NCBI GenBank assembly: GCA_003193925.1
Contig: PSPG01000001.1
Location: 160,001 to 224,000, forward strand
Length of the DNA: 64,000 nt
DNA from: Candidatus Thalassarchaeum betae
GTDB lineage: Archaea > Thermoplasmatota > Poseidoniia > Poseidoniales > Thalassarchaeaceae
Reading direction: 5' to 3'
Below, piece after piece: positions 53,544-64,000 of this stretch. Under the pieces are notes generated by a model, which had not been told where the DNA came from, made no database searches, and saw only the letters and a list, made by a program, of their open reading frames with translations. A program made the translations under genes and the position numbers. Each line of letters starts with the position of its first letter. The stretch's first letter is position 1.

Positions 53544-55237
53544 GTTCGATTTTCACTGTAATAGACGCCGAGACGGCGGTACTCATCCTGCCCGAACTCA
53601 TCATGCTGGCGGGTGTGCTCACGATGATCCTCATTCCCAATCTCGGAGACGCCACGATGCGAATCCCACTCACCACCACGCGCGTCCCCATCCTGTTCGG
53701 AGGCACGAGGTTCGCAACCACAAGCAACCCGAAGATGCCCAATCAGATTGCTCTGGCGACCTTCGGACTAGCACTGGCCTCAGCCTTCCTGTTCCTAGGC
53801 GACGAGGGAGATGTCGGGAACACCCTGCATGTCGATGCGTTCAGCAGGATATTCACGATGATATTCACAGCAGCTCTGCTGCTGGCCTCGGTCGCTACGA
53901 CACACCGACTACCAGCGCGGCCCAAGGTGACCGCACCGATCGAGTCGGACTCGTCGGCAAGGGCCGACATGAAGGTCAACGCGCTGATAGACAACCGCCG
54001 GCAGGTCGACTTCCACATCCTACTAGTCACGACCGGCCTCGGAATGAGCCTGATGGCGATGGCCACCAACCTGTTCATGCTGTTCGTCTGCCTCGAGCTC
54101 GCCTCGCTCTCCTCGTACATCCTAGTGGCCTTCCACAAAGAGCTGGATGTCGGCGGCGAAGCCGGGACGAAGTACTTCATCGTCGGCTCGGTGCTATCCG
54201 CGGTCGGAATCTACGGGATGTCACTGCTGTATCTGTGGAACGGCAACTTGGACATGGCCGACTTGGCGGCCTCGTGGGACGCCATGGAGACGATGGACCC
54301 GTTCGCTGCAATCGGCGTCGGCCTGATGCTGGTCGCGTTCGGCTTCAAGGTCGGCGCAGCGCCCTTCCACCTCGCCGTGCCCGACGCCTACGCAGGTGCA
54401 TCCTCCCCTGTAGCAGGGGTTCTGGCCACGGCCTCGAAGGCGATGGGGTTCGTCGCCCTCATGCGACTCCTGCTAATCGTCACTATGCCAGTCGAAGGGG
54501 GCGCGTTCTGGCTCATCGTCCTCTCCATAATCGCAGTAGTGACGATGACGTGGGGGAATCTGGCAGCGCTCACCAGCGACAACCCGAAGCGCATGCTCGC
54601 GTACTCGAGCGTGGCCCACGCTGGCTACATGCTCGCTGCGCTCGCAGCCATCGGCAGTGGGCTGGCCGACTCCGATGGCACAGCCCTGCTAATAACCGCG
54701 GTGGTGTTCCACCTCGTCGTCCTCGTGCTGTTCAAACTCGGCCCATTCCTGGTCCTCTCGATGCTCGAGACCGAAGGGCGCAGCCACCAGTTGGAGTGCC
54801 TCCACGGTCTAGCTCGAAGGGACCCGGCAGTCGCCGCCTCGATGTTCGTCTTCATGCTCTCCCTCGCGGGAGTACCGCCGTTCTCCGGGTTCCTGTCCAA
54901 ACTCTTGATGATCAACGGTATCGTCAACGTCTCAGCCGGCACTGGGTCACTGTCTTCGACATCGGTCATGTCCTGGACCCAAGGCGTCGACCCGATCTTC
55001 TGGCTGGCCGTTGCCATAGTCCTCAACAGCGCCCTTTCACTGTTCTACTACCTGAGAATCGGAGTCGTGATGTTCTCCGAAGCTCCTGAGAGCGAGAGGA
55101 AGCTCAGGCGCACTGGCTCCCTCAGGCTGGCCATAGTGGGATGCGCGCTACTCACTCTGCTCTTCGGAATCGGCCCGATGAGCGAGTCACTCCTAGACAT
55201 AGTCAGCGCCGCAGTCGACTCCTTCATGGGCAACTGA
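53540..55237 (+). CDS. nuoN: Complex I-like antiporter subunit N
   Basis: EAGTKYF, FKVGAAPFH..PDAY.G, KRMLAYSSVAHAGY and SLAGVPP motifs; ATGA overlap. Confidence 0.95.
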   Translation: MSSIFTVIDAETAVLILPELIMLAGVLTMILIPNLGDATMRIPLTTTRVPILFGGTRFATTSNPKMPNQIALATFGLALASAFLFLGDEGDVGNTLHVDAFSRIFTMIFTAALLLASVATTHRLPARPKVTAPIESDSSARADMKVNALIDNRRQVDFHILLVTTGLGMSLMAMATNLFMLFVCLELASLSSYILVAFHKELDVGGEAGTKYFIVGSVLSAVGIYGMSLLYLWNGNLDMADLAASWDAMETMDPFAAIGVGLMLVAFGFKVGAAPFHLAVPDAYAGASSPVAGVLATASKAMGFVALMRLLLIVTMPVEGGAFWLIVLSIIAVVTMTWGNLAALTSDNPKRMLAYSSVAHAGYMLAALAAIGSGLADSDGTALLITAVVFHLVVLVLFKLGPFLVLSMLETEGRSHQLECLHGLARRDPAVAASMFVFMLSLAGVPPFSGFLSKLLMINGIVNVSAGTGSLSSTSVMSWTQGVDPIFWLAVAIVLNSALSLFYYLRIGVVMFSEAPESERKLRRTGSLRLAIVGCALLTLLFGIGPMSESLLDIVSAAVDSFMGN

Positions 55238-55281
55238 TCCTATATGCTCAACTTCACATAGGGGACGCTCGACGGAGCCCC

Positions 55282-55761
55282 ATGGCCCGTAGGGAAGAGA
55301 AGGTGGACGCAGAGCTTCTGGCTCAGCTGGAAGCCGGCGGCGACCGCATCCGCGTCCCCCTTCCTAACCGGAAGGTGAACGAGATGTTCGCAATCGCCGA
55401 TCAGATTCTCGGCGGACGCAGGGTGCACGCTGTCTGCGAGGACGGCGAGAGCCGTCTTGCGCGCATCCCGGGCAAGATGCGACGCCGACAGTGGGTGCGC
55501 GAGGGCGATCTGATGGTCATCCAGCCCTGGGACTTCCAGGACGAGAAGGCCAATGTCTGCATGCGCTACACCAAGACCCAGTCACTCTACCTCTCGAGGA
55601 AGGGCGTACTGCCAGAGATAGTTGACCTGTTCGGCATGACCGATTTCGAGGCGGGGCCCAAAGTTGAGGATACGGTTCCGAAAGCCGACTCCGGGGGGCC
55701 CGAGCCCGAGTCTGCAGCAGCTCAGGACCCTGAGGACGACATAGACTCATTCTTCGGGTGA
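55282..55761 (+). CDS. eif1a: Translation initiation factor aIF-1A
   Basis: LGGRRV..VCEDGESRLARIPGKMRRRQWVREGD.VIQPWDFQDEKA motif; acidic C-terminal tail. Confidence 0.95.
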   Translation: MARREEKVDAELLAQLEAGGDRIRVPLPNRKVNEMFAIADQILGGRRVHAVCEDGESRLARIPGKMRRRQWVREGDLMVIQPWDFQDEKANVCMRYTKTQSLYLSRKGVLPEIVDLFGMTDFEAGPKVEDTVPKADSGGPEPESAAAQDPEDDIDSFFG

Positions 55762-55765
55762 GGGA

Positions 55766-56647
55766 ATGTCGGACGAGCCTGATGAGCAACCCGACATCGA
55801 CGCTCTGATGAAGGGCGAGAAGAAGTATGAGTGGTTGTCCGATCCGCGCTTCAAGCGGCTGTTCACCGATATCGAGGACGGACTGCAAGGGGTCCTCGGC
55901 AGGGGCAAGTTCGAATGGGTAGACAGGCGAGTCTTCGACCAGGTCTTCGACAGCTCGACCCTGCTGGCCGTTCACAAGCTCATGCAGAAAGGCGGGATCG
56001 ACACCATCGACTATCCCATAGCCCGAGGCAAGGAGGCGCATGTGTTCCACGCCTCGACCAACCACGGGCCAGTCGCAGTCAAGATATTCCACACCTCCAA
56101 CGCCGTGTTCAAGGGGCTGGCGAAGTACATCGACGGAGACCCCAGATTCAGCGGCCTCTCCCGACGCCACCGCGAGCTGGTCAACATCTGGGTTCGCAAG
56201 GAGTTCCGGAACCTCAAGCGGATGCGCAAACACGGGCTCAGGGTGCCCGAGCCCCTTGATAGCCTGAAAAACGTCCTCGTCATGAGCTATCTGGGAGATG
56301 ACAAGGGCGCAAGCCCACGTCTCAAGGACATCACCATCGACGAGCCGTACGAGGTGTTTGAGGAACTGCTCGACTTCGTCGCCGTCAACTGGCAGTCCTG
56401 TGGTCTCGTCCACGCTGACTTCAGCGAGTACAACGTCCTCTGGTACGATGGCGAGCCGTGGGTCATCGACGTCGGCCAAGCAGTGACCCATCAGCACCCC
56501 AACGCCGAGGAGTTCCTGGTCAGGGACGTCACTCGACTGGTCGAGTGGATAAACCGCCAAGGGTACGGCGCCGAATTGGCCGAGAGCCTAGCGAGAGTGC
56601 TGGATGACCCGGTTCCGACCCTGCCTCCGCTCTCGGGCGGAGATTAA
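55766..56647 (+). CDS. rio1: RIO1 serine/threonine kinase
   Basis: GKEAHVF, YIDGDPRF, KEFRNL, LVHADFSEYN and IDVGQAV motifs. Confidence 0.95.
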   Translation: MSDEPDEQPDIDALMKGEKKYEWLSDPRFKRLFTDIEDGLQGVLGRGKFEWVDRRVFDQVFDSSTLLAVHKLMQKGGIDTIDYPIARGKEAHVFHASTNHGPVAVKIFHTSNAVFKGLAKYIDGDPRFSGLSRRHRELVNIWVRKEFRNLKRMRKHGLRVPEPLDSLKNVLVMSYLGDDKGASPRLKDITIDEPYEVFEELLDFVAVNWQSCGLVHADFSEYNVLWYDGEPWVIDVGQAVTHQHPNAEEFLVRDVTRLVEWINRQGYGAELAESLARVLDDPVPTLPPLSGGD

Positions 56648-56673
56648 AGCAGGGTGGCGGGTCGGCCGCATTC

Positions 56674-57405
56674 GTGGAGCACCTAGCACGCATCCCGCAG
56701 GACCGCATAGCCGTGCTGATAGGCAAGGGCGGCGAGACCCGGAGGATGATTGAGGAGGCCTGTGGGGCCAAACTCGAGATCGACTCGAAGTCCGGCGACG
56801 TGATGGCAGACTGGGGTGAGGGCGAGGTCGATCCGGTCATCCGCATGAAGATGCCTGATGTCATCGTGGCAATAGGCCGTGGACTAGCTCCCAAGAGAGC
56901 GGTCCAACTGGTCGAAGACGAGGTCTCCCTCAGGATGTACGACATCCGCGAGTGGGTCGGCCGCCAGCCGAACCAGACCCGCAGGATGAGGAGCAGGCTG
57001 ATTGGCAGGAACGGGCGCATACGCAGCCTCATTGAGGAGATCTCCCAATGCGAGATGGCGATCTACGGCTCGAGCGTGCTCGTCATCGGCGACGAAGAAG
57101 GCCTCGCGCTGGCTACGCCTGCGATCGAAGGCATCCTGCGCGGCTCGGAGCACAGCACCGTGCTTCACGGGCTGGAGCAAGACCGCAAGCGGCAGAGGCT
57201 ACGCTCGCGCAGGCTGGAGGCTTTTGAGGAGCGCAGTCCGGACGAGCCATCGACCTTTGAGACGCTCGTACCGGGTTTGGCTCAGGCTCGCCGCCGCCGA
57301 GAGCGACGCTACAGGGACTCCCAAGTGGACCCTGATGACGAGGCCGAGGTCGCACGCACCCTCGAACTCGCAGAGGACGAGGAAATCATCTACCAAGAAG
57401 AGTGA
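56674..57405 (+). CDS. KH-domain ribosome biogenesis protein Dim2/Pno1
   Basis: RIAVLIGKGG, AIGRG and RLIGRNG motifs; conserved aIF1A-RIO1-Dim2 order. Confidence 0.9.
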   Translation: MEHLARIPQDRIAVLIGKGGETRRMIEEACGAKLEIDSKSGDVMADWGEGEVDPVIRMKMPDVIVAIGRGLAPKRAVQLVEDEVSLRMYDIREWVGRQPNQTRRMRSRLIGRNGRIRSLIEEISQCEMAIYGSSVLVIGDEEGLALATPAIEGILRGSEHSTVLHGLEQDRKRQRLRSRRLEAFEERSPDEPSTFETLVPGLAQARRRRERRYRDSQVDPDDEAEVARTLELAEDEEIIYQEE

Positions 57406-57424
57406 TGAGAGCCGCCACGCCTAA

Positions 57425-58729
<1,305 letters not shown>

Positions 58730-58731
58730 AA

Positions 58732-58765
58732 TCGACATCTTTGATGTCGAGCCCATTCAATTGAA
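58732..58765. promoter_or_regulatory. Two palindromes between DUF63 and the MCC operon
   Basis: TCGACATC-TTT-GATGTCGA (58732-58750) and TTCAATTGAA (58756-58765). Confidence 0.4.
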
Positions 58766-58797
58766 GGCTCGCGTACTGTCTGAGGGGTCCGAGAGAC

Positions 58798-60357
58798 GTG
58801 GACAGGCTACCCACTCGTATCGACCGTGGAAGCGACGACTTCCAGTCCCGGCGAGAGAAGAACGTAGCTCTGGCAGAGCAGCTCAGGGACAGGCTGGACT
58901 CTGTTAAGGAGGGGGGCGGGGGCAAATACGTCGAGCGCCATCGAGAGCGCGGCAAGAGCCTGCCGAGGGAGAGGATCTCCGAGATCTGCGATGCTGGGAC
59001 CCCGTTCCTCGAGCTCTCGACCCTAGCAGCAAACGGTCTGTACGACGGCAGGGCCCACTCGGCGGGCATCGTCACCGGGATCGGGGTGGTACACGGCAAG
59101 GAGTGCATGTTCGTGGCCAACGACGCGACGGTCAAGGCAGGCTCATACTATCCGATGACGGTCAAGAAGCACATCAGGGCGCAGGAGATCGCCGAGGAGA
59201 ACAACCTGCCCTGCATCTATCTGGTCGACTCGGGAGGCGCCTTCCTGCCGATGCAGGACGAGGTCTTCCCCGACAAGCTGCACTTCGGCCGCATCTTCCG
59301 CAATCAGGCCATCCTCTCCAGCAAGGGGATCCCACAAGTCGCCGCCGTACTCGGCTCGTGCACTGCCGGCGGCGCCTACATCCCGGCTATGTCCGACGAG
59401 TCGATCATCGTCAAGGGGAACGGCACCATCTTCCTCGCCGGCCCGCCGCTGGTCAAGTCGGCCACCGGCGAGGAGGTCTCTGCAGAGGAGCTCGGCGGAG
59501 CCGACCTGCACACTAGGGAATCGGGGGTCGCCGACCACTTCGCCAACGACGAGCCCGAGGCACTGCGCATGGTGCGCAGCGTGGTTGAGAACCTGAATGT
59601 TAGCCCCAAGCACAGGCTCGACTCCTCGCAGCCGGAGGAGCCCGCCCACGACCCGCAGGACCTGATGGGCATCATCCCCGGCGACAACCGCACGGCGTAC
59701 GACGTCAGGGAGGTGATTGCCAGGATTGTAGACGGCTCGCGCTTCCACGAGTTCAAGCAACGCTACGGCAACACACTCGTCTGCGGCTTCGCGAGGATTC
59801 ACGGCTATCCCGTCGGCATCATCGCTAACAACGGGATACTGTTCTCCGAGTCCTCACTCAAGGCAGCACACTTCGTGGAGCTCTGTGGCCAGCGCGGCAT
59901 ACCGCTCGTGTTCCTGCAGAACATCAGCGGATTCATGGTCGGCCGCGAGGCCGAGGCCGGAGGCATCGCCAAGGACGGCGCCAAACTCGTCACGGCAGTA
60001 TCCTGCGTCCCGGTGCCGAAGTTCACAGTTATCATCGGCGGCTCGCACGGTGCCGGAAACTACGGCATGTGCGGCCGGGCCTACGACCCGCGTTTTCTGT
60101 TCATGTGGCCGAACGCCCGAATCTCGGTGATGGGAGGCGAGCAGGCTGCCAGCGTGCTCTCATCAGTAGGAAATGCCGATCCTGACGAGATTCGCGAGAC
60201 CTACGAGAGCGAGAGCAACCCGTACTACTCCACCGCTCGGCTCTGGGACGACGGCGTGATCGACCCCCGCGACACCCGCGACGTGCTCGGGCTGTGCATA
60301 TCGGCCAGCCTCAACGCGCCGATGCCGGAGCAGGACTACGGCGTTTTCAGGATGTGA
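58798..60357 (+). CDS. liuB: 3-methylcrotonyl-CoA carboxylase, carboxyltransferase (beta) subunit
   Basis: [39 protein letters not shown] and STARLWDDG motifs; C-terminal GVFRM. Confidence 0.9.
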   Translation: MDRLPTRIDRGSDDFQSRREKNVALAEQLRDRLDSVKEGGGGKYVERHRERGKSLPRERISEICDAGTPFLELSTLAANGLYDGRAHSAGIVTGIGVVHGKECMFVANDATVKAGSYYPMTVKKHIRAQEIAEENNLPCIYLVDSGGAFLPMQDEVFPDKLHFGRIFRNQAILSSKGIPQVAAVLGSCTAGGAYIPAMSDESIIVKGNGTIFLAGPPLVKSATGEEVSAEELGGADLHTRESGVADHFANDEPEALRMVRSVVENLNVSPKHRLDSSQPEEPAHDPQDLMGIIPGDNRTAYDVREVIARIVDGSRFHEFKQRYGNTLVCGFARIHGYPVGIIANNGILFSESSLKAAHFVELCGQRGIPLVFLQNISGFMVGREAEAGGIAKDGAKLVTAVSCVPVPKFTVIIGGSHGAGNYGMCGRAYDPRFLFMWPNARISVMGGEQAASVLSSVGNADPDEIRETYESESNPYYSTARLWDDGVIDPRDTRDVLGLCISASLNAPMPEQDYGVFRM

Positions 60358-60358
60358 T

Positions 60359-61231
60359 ATGGTGAGGATGAGCGACGTCAGGCCAGCAGCGGAACTCTGC
60401 TCCCTTAGCATCGACGATTCGGTCGCCACGCTCACCCTCGAGCGGAGCGATGTCTACAACGCACTCAACGTGCAACTGATCAGCGAACTCATCGACAAAC
60501 TCGACTGGACCGCGCAGCGCTCTGTCGGCACAACTGGCTCGCTGCGCGACCAGGACGGCTCCGAGTACCTGCGGGTGCTGGTGCTTCGCGGCGCGGGGCG
60601 CCACTTCTGCGCCGGCGCGGACATCAACATGATGCGCGATGCGGGGGTCAAGAGCCCGGAGGAGAACCGTGCCGACTCCGAGCGCCTCGACCGCTTATTC
60701 AACAGCCTGTGGTCACATCCTTGTTTCACCATCACCACCGTTCAGGGGGTGGCACTGGGTGGCGGTGCCGGCCTCATCGCCTGCTCTGACCACGTAATCG
60801 CTCTCGACAGTGCGAGAATCGCCCTATCCGAGGCCAAGTTGGGAATCCTGCCCGCGGTAATCGGGCCATACGTCTACCGTCGTGTGGGCAGTGCTCAGTT
60901 CCGCCGGCTCGCTATGCTCGCAGGTCGCTTCGATGGGCACGAGGCGTTGAATATCGGAATGATTGATCAAGTCTCCACCTCATTGGAGGAGACTGCTGAG
61001 ATGGTCGACGCCGCGATTGCGACGGTGATGAGTACCGGTCCCGTGGCAGTCACCGAGGCCAAGAGGCTCGCGCAGACCCTCGACCGCTGGCAGGGCAGCG
61101 ATGAGGGGCTGCGTCAGTGGACGCTGGACAAGACCAGCGAGATGAGGGGCTCACCCGAGGGTCAAGAGGGACTGTCATCGTTCCTCGATCGTCGACCGCC
61201 GGCCTGGTCACCGGAGGATCAGGACGTTTGA
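60359..61231 (+). CDS. liuC: Enoyl-CoA hydratase, probably methylglutaconyl-CoA hydratase
   Basis: FCAGAD, ALGGGAGL, SEAKLGILPAVIGPYV and EGQEGLSSFL motifs; located within the MCC cluster. Confidence 0.8.
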   Translation: MVRMSDVRPAAELCSLSIDDSVATLTLERSDVYNALNVQLISELIDKLDWTAQRSVGTTGSLRDQDGSEYLRVLVLRGAGRHFCAGADINMMRDAGVKSPEENRADSERLDRLFNSLWSHPCFTITTVQGVALGGGAGLIACSDHVIALDSARIALSEAKLGILPAVIGPYVYRRVGSAQFRRLAMLAGRFDGHEALNIGMIDQVSTSLEETAEMVDAAIATVMSTGPVAVTEAKRLAQTLDRWQGSDEGLRQWTLDKTSEMRGSPEGQEGLSSFLDRRPPAWSPEDQDV

Positions 61232-61233
61232 AC

Positions 61234-62787
61234 ATGACAGCAGAATCCTTCGGCAGCGCTCCTCGGCCGTTCGGCACAGTGCTGGTCGCGAATCGCGGCG
61301 AGATTGCCGTGCGGGTGCTGCAAGCCGCTCGAGAGGCTGGACTCCGCGGCATAGCGGTCTACTCGAACCCGGATGCAGGCTCCCTCCACGTCGAGGTGGC
61401 CGACAATGCAGTCCATCTACCCGGGGACACACTCGCTGAGACCTACCTGAACGCCGGAGCGATAATCTCCGCTGCCAAGAGCAGTGGGGCCGAGGCGATA
61501 CACCCCGGGTACGGATTCCTCTCCGAGCGAGCCGACTTCGCCAGGGCCGTCGAGGACGCCGGACTGGTCTGGATTGGCCCACCGGCCGAAGCGATCTCGA
61601 CGATGGGAGACAAGATCTCAGCGCGCATCCGGATGGTCGAGTCGGGAGTGCCGGTCATCCCCGGCGAGGAACTCTCGGTGCCCGACGGAGCCAAACACCT
61701 AGGAGTTCTGGCCGTGTGCGCGGCTAGGGTCGGATATCCGCTGCTGCTCAAGGCGAGCGCAGGTGGCGGCGGCAAGGGTATGCGCGCCGTCCACGAGCCC
61801 AAGATGCTCAGAACCGAGTACGAGGCGGCATCCCGCGAGGCTTCCGCCGCCTTTGGAGACGGCACGATCTATGTCGAGCGGCTGCTTATCGGCGTACGGC
61901 ACGTAGAGGTACAGATCCTCGCTGATTCTCATGGCAATTGCATCCACCTCAATGAGAGGGATTGCTCCTTGCAACGACGCCACCAGAAGGTGCTCGAGGA
62001 GGCCCCTTCCCCGGCGGTGACCCCTGACCTCCGAGAAGCCATGGGAGATGCAGCGGTGACGGCAGCCAAGGCAGTGAATTACGTCGGCGCCGGAACGGTC
62101 GAGTTTCTGCTCTCACCACGAGGCAAGTTCTATTTTCTCGAGATGAACACCCGACTGCAGGTCGAGCACCCCGTAACCGAGATGACCACTGGAATAGATC
62201 TCGTCCAGAAGCAGTTCGAGGTAGCCGCGGGGCTCCATCTGGGATTGGTGCAGAACGATGTTAGACTGAGCGGCCACGCCATCGAGGCCCGCATCTATGC
62301 CGAGGACGCATCGAAGGGGTTCCTGCCTGCGGTCGGCAGGCTATCCTTCTGGAAGTCGCCGCAGGGCCCGGGAATCAGAGTCGACTCTGGAGTCAGGCAG
62401 GGTGACGTCGTAATCACCGACTTCGACCCTATGCTCGCCAAACTCGTCGTTCACGCTCCCACGCGCCAAGCCGCCCTGCGTCGACTCGACACAGCCCTCG
62501 CTGACTTCGTAGCGCTCGGGGTCACCACTAACATCGGATTCCTGCGCAACGTAGCCGCACACCACGCGTTCGCGAGCGGTAACGTGACCACCGAGTTCCT
62601 AGACTCCACTTCCAGTTCAGAATTCGCAGAGCCGGGGGCGGATCCAGCCGTTCTGGTTGCCATCGCATCGGCTGCCCAGCGATTGGGGATGGACCGAGCT
62701 CCCTCGGCCGATGCGTCGGATTCGGTAGACGAGCACACCGGGCACTCTGGTGACCCGTTCAGGACCCTGTCGAGGTCCTTCCCCTGA
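61234..62787 (+). CDS. Biotin carboxylase subunit of MCC
   Basis: ANRGEIA, HPGYGFLSE, GGGGKGM, ERDCSLQRRHQK and EMNTRLQVEHPVTE motifs; no biotinyl domain. Confidence 0.93.
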   Translation: MTAESFGSAPRPFGTVLVANRGEIAVRVLQAAREAGLRGIAVYSNPDAGSLHVEVADNAVHLPGDTLAETYLNAGAIISAAKSSGAEAIHPGYGFLSERADFARAVEDAGLVWIGPPAEAISTMGDKISARIRMVESGVPVIPGEELSVPDGAKHLGVLAVCAARVGYPLLLKASAGGGGKGMRAVHEPKMLRTEYEAASREASAAFGDGTIYVERLLIGVRHVEVQILADSHGNCIHLNERDCSLQRRHQKVLEEAPSPAVTPDLREAMGDAAVTAAKAVNYVGAGTVEFLLSPRGKFYFLEMNTRLQVEHPVTEMTTGIDLVQKQFEVAAGLHLGLVQNDVRLSGHAIEARIYAEDASKGFLPAVGRLSFWKSPQGPGIRVDSGVRQGDVVITDFDPMLAKLVVHAPTRQAALRRLDTALADFVALGVTTNIGFLRNVAAHHAFASGNVTTEFLDSTSSSEFAEPGADPAVLVAIASAAQRLGMDRAPSADASDSVDEHTGHSGDPFRTLSRSFP

Positions 62788-62796
62788 GGTGAGAAG

Positions 62797-63297
62797 ATGG
62801 AGTGGAGCGTGGGAGACGACAGCAGGCGGTACACCGCTGCCCTCGTGGATTCGGATGGTGCCCTGAGCCTCTCGTCGCTCCAACTCGATGGAATGGAACT
62901 CGACTCCCCTGATGTCTCGATCACCCGGGACGACCTTCACGGGCGCCTCCGGGTGGAAATCGCCGGTACGCCCAGACTCGTCCACGTGGCCAAGGTCGGG
63001 GATGTTTGGTGGATACACCTCGACGGCCGCATACACGTCGTACGCGCGCACGAGCCCGGCAGCGCTGGGGCTGAGCCGGCAGAGGGAAGCCTCTCAGCAC
63101 CGATGCCCGGGACAGTCCTCGAAGTCCACGTCAAGGAGGGACAGAGAGTGCGCGAGGGTCAGACTCTCGTCGTGATGGAGGCGATGAAGATGGAGCACCG
63201 CGTTCAAGCACCCAGGGCAGGCGTGGTCACCAAGTTGCACTACTCCGAGGGCGACAGAGTCGATGTGGGAGCGATTTTGGTCGAAATCGGCGATTGA
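62797..63297 (+). CDS. Biotin carboxyl carrier protein with N-terminal BT-like domain
   Basis: APMPG...EAMKME biotinylation motif; has its own GAGGTGA SD. Confidence 0.92.
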   Translation: MEWSVGDDSRRYTAALVDSDGALSLSSLQLDGMELDSPDVSITRDDLHGRLRVEIAGTPRLVHVAKVGDVWWIHLDGRIHVVRAHEPGSAGAEPAEGSLSAPMPGTVLEVHVKEGQRVREGQTLVVMEAMKMEHRVQAPRAGVVTKLHYSEGDRVDVGAILVEIGD

Positions 63298-63333
63298 TGC
63301 CGGGTTTGGGTTAATATCACGCCCCGCAGTCGG

Positions 63334-63927
63334 ATGGCCATGGAAGAGGTGACCATCGTCATGGCCACTCTGATGGGCATCAGCCTAGCCGCAGCCTCCG
63401 GGTTCCGGGTCTTCCTACCTCCGTTCCTGCTGTCGCTGGCCGCTCGCTTTGATGTAATTTGGTTCCTCGACATTGATCTCGTAGGAACCCAGTTCGAGTT
63501 CTTCACGTCCACTCTGGCGATAGTGGTCTTGGGAATAGCTACGATAGCGGAGTTCGTAGGGTTCTACGCTCCTTGGGTCGACAACGCGCTCGACAGCATC
63601 GCGACGCCGGCCGCAATCGTCGCAGGCGTCTCGATGACAGCCATCGTGCTCGAGGGCTCCGATCCGGTTGTCCAATGGGCGGTGGCCATCATCGCCGGTG
63701 GCGGTGTGGCAGCCACCATTCAGACCGCCACCGTGACGACTCGAAGCCTCAGCTCGACATTCACCCTCGGACTGGGGAACTCGACTGTCGCCACAGGTGA
63801 GAATGTCGCGAGCATAGCGCTCACTCTGATTGCCATTCTGATTCCATTCATCTCCGCCTTCGTTGTCATCCTAGTCGTGGCTCTGCTGCTCCGAGTGAAG
63901 CGAAGGCGGAACGCACAGCCTCAGTGA
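63334..63927 (+). CDS. DUF4126 family membrane protein
   Basis: GISLAAASGFRVFLP, PWVDNALD and GLGN..VATGEN motifs. Confidence 0.85.
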   Translation: MAMEEVTIVMATLMGISLAAASGFRVFLPPFLLSLAARFDVIWFLDIDLVGTQFEFFTSTLAIVVLGIATIAEFVGFYAPWVDNALDSIATPAAIVAGVSMTAIVLEGSDPVVQWAVAIIAGGGVAATIQTATVTTRSLSSTFTLGLGNSTVATGENVASIALTLIAILIPFISAFVVILVVALLLRVKRRRNAQPQ

Positions 63928-64000
63928 AGAGGCTCGAGGGCCTTTTGCCCGCCCATGTAGGGCCTGAGCACCTCGGGGATGCTGACGCGACCGTCCTCCA
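63921..64000 (-). CDS. serS: Serine--tRNA ligase, C-terminal end (partial; runs off the window)
   Basis: The minus strand reads EDGRVSIPEVLRPYMGGQKALEPLH*, the typical SerRS C-terminal motif DG.V.IPEVLRPYMGG. Confidence 0.85.
   Translation of the reverse strand, partial: EDGRVSIPEVLRPYMGGQKALEPLH

Noticed and set aside
43332-55237. Membrane-bound [NiFe] hydrogenase
   Set aside because: NuoD lacks the second Cys of both CxxC motifs, NuoB has the complex I tandem-CC motif, and no maturation genes are present.
3337-56560. Numerous long antisense or alternate-frame ORFs (e.g. 3337-4320, 17206-18180, 19760-20713, 45080-46021, 50377-51306, 55517-56560)
   Set aside because: These are shadows of well-supported genes, expected at high GC3. 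They are R/P/G-rich or antisense-patterned and have no motifs.

Overview
This is a gene-dense archaeal chromosome segment of about 60-63% GC (estimated by eye). The gene set (rpl21e-rpo4-DUF655-ksgA, Pus10, rpl15e, aIF-1A-RIO1-Dim2, a BHB-intron tRNA, GGTGA Shine-Dalgarno motifs), the many giant acidic secreted proteins and peptidases, and the headless complex I point to Thermoplasmatota, most likely Marine Group II/Poseidoniales (inference). It holds translation, transcription and ribosome-biogenesis genes, glycolytic enzymes (pgk, gpmA, PMM/PGM), a uppS cluster, an M14 carboxypeptidase overlapping an NSS transporter, hisS, ftsZ and two tRNA loci. It also holds a ~15 kb run of five membrane-anchored surface proteins, an 11-subunit (no NuoEFG) complex I/Fpo-like operon, a leucine-catabolism (MCC) cluster and the 3' end of serS. 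I saw no CRISPR array, rRNA, transposase or integrase. The most notable observations are: (1) NuoI carries a 111-aa insert with an SH3/Tudor-like segment resembling the ferredoxin-docking NdhS, and NuoD keeps two hydrogenase-type cysteines; (2) a subtilase has a cytoplasmic C4HC3 RING-like finger, within a surface-protein cluster that includes a 1464-aa orphan built from a recurring beta-motif; (3) an intron-containing tRNA-Tyr lacks its 3' acceptor strand; (4) a PGF-CTERM surface protein has an AT-rich core between GC-rich ends; (5) there is a candidate Xer/dif site; (6) an orphan HhH/Zn-ribbon/winged-helix-like protein sits beside rpo4 and ksgA. All family assignments come from motif recognition; no database search was run.
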